Source: Myxococcota bacterium (GTDB lineage Bacteria; Myxococcota_A; UBA9160; UBA4427). From it: a DNA stretch of 64,000 nt. The stretch's first letter is position 1. Each line of letters begins with the position of its first letter. Shown piece after piece: positions 59,585 to 64,000 of this stretch. The translations under genes were made by a program, and so were the position numbers. The notes under the pieces are model-generated. The model made no database searches and had not been told where the DNA came from. It saw nothing but the letters and a program-made list of their open reading frames with translations. The stretch lies in NCBI GenBank assembly GCA_041389425.1, contig JAWKRX010000028.1, forward strand, positions 6,388 through 70,387, in the 5' to 3' direction.

Positions 59585-60526
59585 TCAACGCAGGATGATC
59601 TGCTCGCCCCGGCCCAGCTTCGGATCCGCATCCTTCGAGGTCATCAGCACGCTGATCGCTCCGCGCAGCGCTCGGCTCATCGCATGATCCACGATCGCAT
59701 TGTTGGTCGATCGATCCGCCGGCGGCACGAGGTCGAAAGTCGCTGCAGAAGCCGGGGGAATCAGATAGGTCTGAACTCCCTCCATCACGTTGCGGGGATT
59801 TCCGTGGTCGTAGACCCGGTCCCAGATTCCGGCGATCGGATGAAGCGCGACCGAATCGTTGATGCTGGCATTGACGTAGAAGATGCGAACCCGCTCGCCC
59901 GGGTTCGCCTGGAGCGTCTTGCCCGCGTTGGGGTCGTGCACGGGGTCGTAATGAAACACTTTCCCGTTGATCAACGCGCCGATCCAGTTCTTTCCGTCGA
60001 GAAGATCTTCGACCGCCGTTCCCTCCCGGAAGAGATCGCCCTGCACGAGGACGTATTCGCGATCCGGCTTGGGATAGGCCGCGGAGAACCCGTCTTTCGG
60101 GTCGACGATGATGACCCCGTACATCCCGCGCGAGATGTGCTCGGCCATGGAGGATGCGCCGCAGTGGTAGATGAACGCGCCGGGATACTTCGCTTCGAAT
60201 TTGAACGTCTTGGTCCCGCCGGGCTTGATCTCGGCGAATTCGTCGAGGACGTCGACGATCGCCGCATGAAAGTCCATCGAATGACTGTTCTTGTTCGCCG
60301 GGTCGTTGGTCAGGGCGAACTGGACGACGTCCCCCTGTTTGACTCGCACGACGGGCCCGGGAATCGTTCCGTCGTAGGTCCACATCTTCTGGGTCGTACC
60401 CTTGTTGTCGACGGGCAGATCGACCTCCTTGACGGTCATCGCCACGTCGACGGTCCCGCCGAGGGCGGGCATGGCGAGGAGCATCGCGAGAGCGGCGGTC
60501 GGTAGAGCTCGGAGAACGGATTGCAT
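59585..60526 (-). CDS. nirK: Copper-containing nitrite reductase, Nitrosomonas europaea/Nitrobacter-type
   Basis: Signal peptide; HSMDFHA (T1 His, catalytic Asp, T2 His), YHCG..EHISRGM, LHPIAGIWDRV and AIVDH; C-terminus GRGEQIILR as in recalled Nitrosomonas NirK. Confidence 0.9.
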   Translation of the reverse strand: MQSVLRALPTAALAMLLAMPALGGTVDVAMTVKEVDLPVDNKGTTQKMWTYDGTIPGPVVRVKQGDVVQFALTNDPANKNSHSMDFHAAIVDVLDEFAEIKPGGTKTFKFEAKYPGAFIYHCGASSMAEHISRGMYGVIIVDPKDGFSAAYPKPDREYVLVQGDLFREGTAVEDLLDGKNWIGALINGKVFHYDPVHDPNAGKTLQANPGERVRIFYVNASINDSVALHPIAGIWDRVYDHGNPRNVMEGVQTYLIPPASAATFDLVPPADRSTNNAIVDHAMSRALRGAISVLMTSKDADPKLGRGEQIILR

Positions 60527-60622
60527 GACGATTGTCTTCCTCTTTCCAGAATAGGGGAGCAGCACCGAGCCGATCTCCTTGAGCGACTCGAGTGCAGTCC
60601 GATCACGGGGACACGACACGTC

Positions 60623-62188
60623 TCAGGGACGCGGAGAGCCCGCCGTCTCCGCACCGCGGAAGCCGGGATTCTCGAAGAGACCGGGGCCCTTGCCGAGACT
60701 CTCGCTGTAGTAGAAATCGGGGTCGTACTGCTTGTCCTTCCAGGCGTACCAGTCGGGTCTCTCGATTTCGTCGTACTCGAAGATCAACATCGATCCGCCC
60801 ATGTCCTTGCCGGCATTGGTCACGTGTTCGTCGACGTGGTCGTGGGTGACCCAGAGCCCCGGATTGTCCATCCGGACGATCGCGTCGTAACGCTCCCCCT
60901 GCTCGACGTGGACGACGTCGGCCCAATAGGGTTCGGGGAGCGGGAGGCCGTCCTTGTGAGTCACGAGCACGTCGTGTCCGTGCAGGTGGAAGCCGACCTC
61001 CGTCCCCGCGCCGAAGATGCGGAGTCGGACGACGTCTCCCTGCTTGACCCGGAGCGGCTGAGTGAGGGGAAACGATTTCCCGTTGATCGAGAAGTAGTCG
61101 CGCAGCTCGGAGGGATGTCCGCCGACGCCGTAACGGTCCGCGAACTTGGAGTTCCAGCCCGAGAACATGAGGATCGCGTCCTTGGTCACCTCCTGTTCGA
61201 GCTTCGTGGGCTCGATCGGGTCGACGACGAAGGGGCCCCACATTCCGCGAATCGAGATGTGCTCGGCGACGTTGACGTGGCAGTGGTACCAGAGCGTACC
61301 CGTACGCGTCGCGATGAAGTGATAGGTGAAGCTCCCGCCCGGCGGAACCGGCTTCTGCGTCACGTTCGGCACGCCGTCGCTCTGCCAGGTTCCCTGCTGA
61401 TGCATGCCGTGCCAATGGATCGTGTGGTCCATCGTCGACAGGTTCACGAACTTCACCTTGACCTCGTCGCCCTCGCGGACCCGAAGCAGCGGTCCCGGGA
61501 CCTGTCCATTGAACGCCCAGACCTTGGCGTTGAAGCCGGGAGCCACTTCGACCTCGGTCTCCTCGACCCGGATCTCGAACTCCCGGAGGCGGCTACGTCG
61601 GTACTTCTTCTTCAACGAAGCGGGGGGCGGAGGCGCGACGACGTCGAGCGCATCGGAGGCTTCCGCCACCGGGGACGCGACGCGCAGCGGCGTCGAAGCC
61701 GCTGCGGTCGGTGACCCGATGGGAGCTCGATGCGCCGCCGTCGCGGCTTCCGGCTCGGCCTCCGCCCCCCTGGAATTCGGTGCGACCGCGGTCGTCGCGA
61801 CGATCGGCGTCCCGGACCCGCCGCCCCCGGTCCCCGACAGCGTTCGAAGATGCTTCACGAGCGAAGCGATCTGCGCGTCCGAGAGGACGCCGCGCCAGGG
61901 CGGCATCAGCACGGATTTTCCGACTGCCGGCCCCCCCTCCGAAATCGCGGCGTGCAGATCCCGATCGGTCCGCGTCGCCATCTCCCGTGTGTCCGTATGG
62001 TCGCGGGGCTGGACGGCGAGCGCCGGGACGTTCAATCCCTTGCCGTCGCCCCCGATGCCATGGCAGGCCGTGCAATAGGTCCGATAGAGCACTGCTCCTT
62101 CGGTCTCGGCCGAACGCGCCAGCGCAGTACCGCCGAACATGCACGCCAGAGCCCAGGTGGCGAGCCACGCAAACGATCGCTTCTTCAT
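60623..62188 (-). CDS. Fusion of monoheme cytochrome c, Ala/Pro linker and two-domain (type C) multicopper oxidase, NcgA/BCO-like
   Basis: CTACH...LMPPW; HTIHWHG, WYHCHVNVAEH..RGM, FHLHGH, THDHVDEH and PDFYYSESL motifs. Confidence 0.88.
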   Translation of the reverse strand: MKKRSFAWLATWALACMFGGTALARSAETEGAVLYRTYCTACHGIGGDGKGLNVPALAVQPRDHTDTREMATRTDRDLHAAISEGGPAVGKSVLMPPWRGVLSDAQIASLVKHLRTLSGTGGGGSGTPIVATTAVAPNSRGAEAEPEAATAAHRAPIGSPTAAASTPLRVASPVAEASDALDVVAPPPPASLKKKYRRSRLREFEIRVEETEVEVAPGFNAKVWAFNGQVPGPLLRVREGDEVKVKFVNLSTMDHTIHWHGMHQQGTWQSDGVPNVTQKPVPPGGSFTYHFIATRTGTLWYHCHVNVAEHISIRGMWGPFVVDPIEPTKLEQEVTKDAILMFSGWNSKFADRYGVGGHPSELRDYFSINGKSFPLTQPLRVKQGDVVRLRIFGAGTEVGFHLHGHDVLVTHKDGLPLPEPYWADVVHVEQGERYDAIVRMDNPGLWVTHDHVDEHVTNAGKDMGGSMLIFEYDEIERPDWYAWKDKQYDPDFYYSESLGKGPGLFENPGFRGAETAGSPRP

Positions 62189-62919
62189 CGTCCGTCCTCA
62201 CTCAGCAGACGCAGGTACTCCATCAGCTTCCCGACTTCTGCGGGCGCCAATCCGTAATCCGGCATCGGCGCGACGGGATCCCAGGCCTGCGGCTTCGCGA
62301 TGAAGCTGGCCAGGAACTCCGGTCGCAAGCGCGCCCAGGCGTCGAACAGGTCGGGACCGGAGAGCGGTGGCCCATCCGGCGTCACGCGATGACAGGACCC
62401 GCAACCCTTGAACTTGCTGAAGTTGAGCTCGGCGAGCATGCGGGGCATGGCGGGCAGTTCAGGGTTCGTCTTCGGGAGCATTTCGCTCCCCCAATCGAGT
62501 GCAGCGAGCGCCTTCACGACTTCGTCGATCTGGTCGGACGCGAGACGCGGATGCGGCGCCGGGGCCGAATCGAGCACGTCTCCCGCCGGAGTCCGCTTCG
62601 TATGGTCGCCTGGATGCAGGCCCGCCGGGCGGATCGCGCGCGGCTCGGCGAGCCAGGCCGCCAGCCAATCGGATCGATACTTCGCGCCGGAGTAGAAGAG
62701 ATCCGGCCCTTTGCGCGTCGCATGACGTTCGACGGTCTGCTCGTCCGGTCGGGGTGCCGAGATCAGGTGGCAGGCGTTGCAGCCGGCCCGATCCAGGACC
62801 GAAACGTCCGCCGGGGCCTGCGCCTCGGCCGTCAGGGTCCAGGCGGCCGCCACGAGGAAGACGAACATCGAAAAGGCCTGCCTCGAATTGCCGATCCGAT
62901 CGTCGCGGTCTAGCCTCAT
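62185..62919 (-). CDS. Diheme cytochrome c (ncg-type)
   Basis: Signal peptide; CNACH and CGSCH, each followed by GPDL; ATGA overlap with the next gene. Confidence 0.85.
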   Translation of the reverse strand: MRLDRDDRIGNSRQAFSMFVFLVAAAWTLTAEAQAPADVSVLDRAGCNACHLISAPRPDEQTVERHATRKGPDLFYSGAKYRSDWLAAWLAEPRAIRPAGLHPGDHTKRTPAGDVLDSAPAPHPRLASDQIDEVVKALAALDWGSEMLPKTNPELPAMPRMLAELNFSKFKGCGSCHRVTPDGPPLSGPDLFDAWARLRPEFLASFIAKPQAWDPVAPMPDYGLAPAEVGKLMEYLRLLSEDGR

Positions 62920-63027
62920 TGCGCTTCGACTCCGAGTCCTGCTCCGTCTCACGGGCCCCGTCCTTCCGAGAGCCGATCGAATCGTCGCCCGGGCGGGCTT
63001 CGCGGCTGCGATTTCGACGTCGCGTTG

Positions 63028-63052
63028 ATTGTGGAGTTTGAAGTACCACAAT
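63028..63052. promoter_or_regulatory. Rrf2/NsrR-type operator candidate ATTGTGGAGTTT-G-AAGTACCACAAT
   Basis: ATTGTGG-N11-CCACAAT palindrome in the AT-rich divergent intergenic region; TTT-n-AA core. Confidence 0.6.
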
Positions 63053-63085
63053 TAGCGATCCGCCGTCAACGGGCAATTCTCCGAA

Positions 63086-63547
63086 ATGCGACTCACCCAA
63101 TTCACCGACTACGGGCTGCGCGTTCTCATGTACGTGGCGAGCCGCGAAGGGGAATTCGTTCCGACCGAGCGGATCGCGACGATCTTCGCGATCTCGCAGG
63201 ACCATCTGCTCAAGGTCGTTCGACGTCTCGTGGAGCTGGGCTACGTCGAGGCGAAGCGGGGCGCTCGCGGAGGCGTTCGGCTCCAGCCCGCGGCGCGCAC
63301 GGCGACCGTGGGCGAGGTCATTCGAAACCTCGAGCCGCAACTCCTGGTCGAGTGCTTCGATCCGGAAGTCAATCAATGCCCGATCGCGGAATTCTGCGGA
63401 CTCTCGTCCCTGCTGCGGCGGGCAGGGGCGGCGTTCTACCGTGAACTCGACCGCGTCTCAATCGGGGAGCTGATGCCGTCGGCCGCCCTGCGCAAAGGGT
63501 GGCCGCCCATCGACTCCGATTCGAAGAAGAGCCGGAGATCCAGATAG
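63086..63547 (+). CDS. nsrR: Rrf2 family NO-sensing repressor NsrR
   Basis: MRLTQFTDYGLRVLMY, HLLKVV, RGARGG and three Cys (VECF..QCP..FCGL). Confidence 0.85.
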   Translation: MRLTQFTDYGLRVLMYVASREGEFVPTERIATIFAISQDHLLKVVRRLVELGYVEAKRGARGGVRLQPAARTATVGEVIRNLEPQLLVECFDPEVNQCPIAEFCGLSSLLRRAGAAFYRELDRVSIGELMPSAALRKGWPPIDSDSKKSRRSR

Positions 63548-63610
63548 CGCAGCGCGATCTCCACGCAGAAGGCAGTCCGGGTCGTCGATCGACGCGCCCC
63601 GTGCCGCCTT

Positions 63611-63653
63611 CGTCGGCCAGCGCGCTTCGGTCGCGCCCTTCGATCGGCCGACG
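63611..63653. terminator. GC hairpin with cUUCGg-type loop between convergent genes
   Basis: cgtcggcc...gcgcg-cttcgg-tcgcgc...ggccgacg. Confidence 0.35.
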
Positions 63654-63676
63654 GATGATGGCGTCGGCCCTTCGGA

Positions 63677-64000
63677 TCAGGGCAACACTCCCCCATCGAC
63701 CTGGATGAGCTGACCGGTGGTATACGACGACGCGTCGGAGACGAGGTAGAGCGCCGTGCCGACGATCTCCTCGGGATCGGCGACGCGCCGCAACACGTTG
63801 CCGCGCGAAGCCATCTCGGCCGCTTCGTCGTTCGGGACGCCGGCGCGGAAGCTGTCGGTCCAGAACGTCCCGCAGACGATCGCGTTCGCGCGGATTCCCT
63901 GCGGCGCGAATTCCTGTGCCATGACGGAGGTCAGGACGTTGAGGCCGGCCTTCGCCGCGGCGTAGACCGCCGTGAAGCTGTTCGGCCGGACGCTCGCGAC
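63677..64000 (-). CDS. SDR family oxidoreductase (3' part; truncated by window edge)
   Basis: YAAAKAGL...GIRANAI...PEEIVGTALYLVSDASSYTTGQLIQVDGG. Confidence 0.88.
   Translation of the reverse strand, partial: VASVRPNSFTAVYAAAKAGLNVLTSVMAQEFAPQGIRANAIVCGTFWTDSFRAGVPNDEAAEMASRGNVLRRVADPEEIVGTALYLVSDASSYTTGQLIQVDGGVLP

Noticed and set aside
62920-63051. N-terminal extension of the diheme cytochrome (ORF-track start at 63051)
   Set aside because: It runs through the operator palindrome and promoter region. ATG 62919 has an RBS and leads into the signal peptide.

Overview
GC-rich (roughly 70% by eye) chromosomal segment of a diderm bacterium. It carries RND pumps, periplasmic c-type cytochromes, a sigma54 promoter and a bactofilin; a Myxococcota-like origin is my inference. 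About 55 genes. Bases 1-54 kb are a dense catabolic region for steroids, lipids and aromatics: 6 SDRs, 3 P450s, 2 Rieske oxygenases plus a ferredoxin, BVMO plus esterase, 2 crotonases, a KstD-like flavoprotein, a 3-subunit Mo-hydroxylase with MoaD, a double-domain CoA transferase, a sulfotransferase, F420-type enzymes, 4 NTF2-fold proteins, TetR/MarR regulators with palindromic operators, and a PQQ dehydrogenase. Bases 55-63.5 kb form a compositionally distinct respiratory module. NsrR is divergent from diheme cytochrome c, then a monoheme-cytochrome-c/two-domain multicopper-oxidase fusion, then a Nitrosomonas/Nitrobacter-type nirK, then cusB and cusA. This is a rearranged nitrifier-type nsrR-ncg-nirK cassette coupled to copper efflux, and it is the top finding. 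Two genes are frameshifted: a D-aminoacylase with about 4 clustered indels and a sigma54-driven outer-membrane protein with one indel. No rRNA, tRNA, CRISPR array, integrase or transposase was seen. Family calls come from motifs and recalled homologues, not from database searches.
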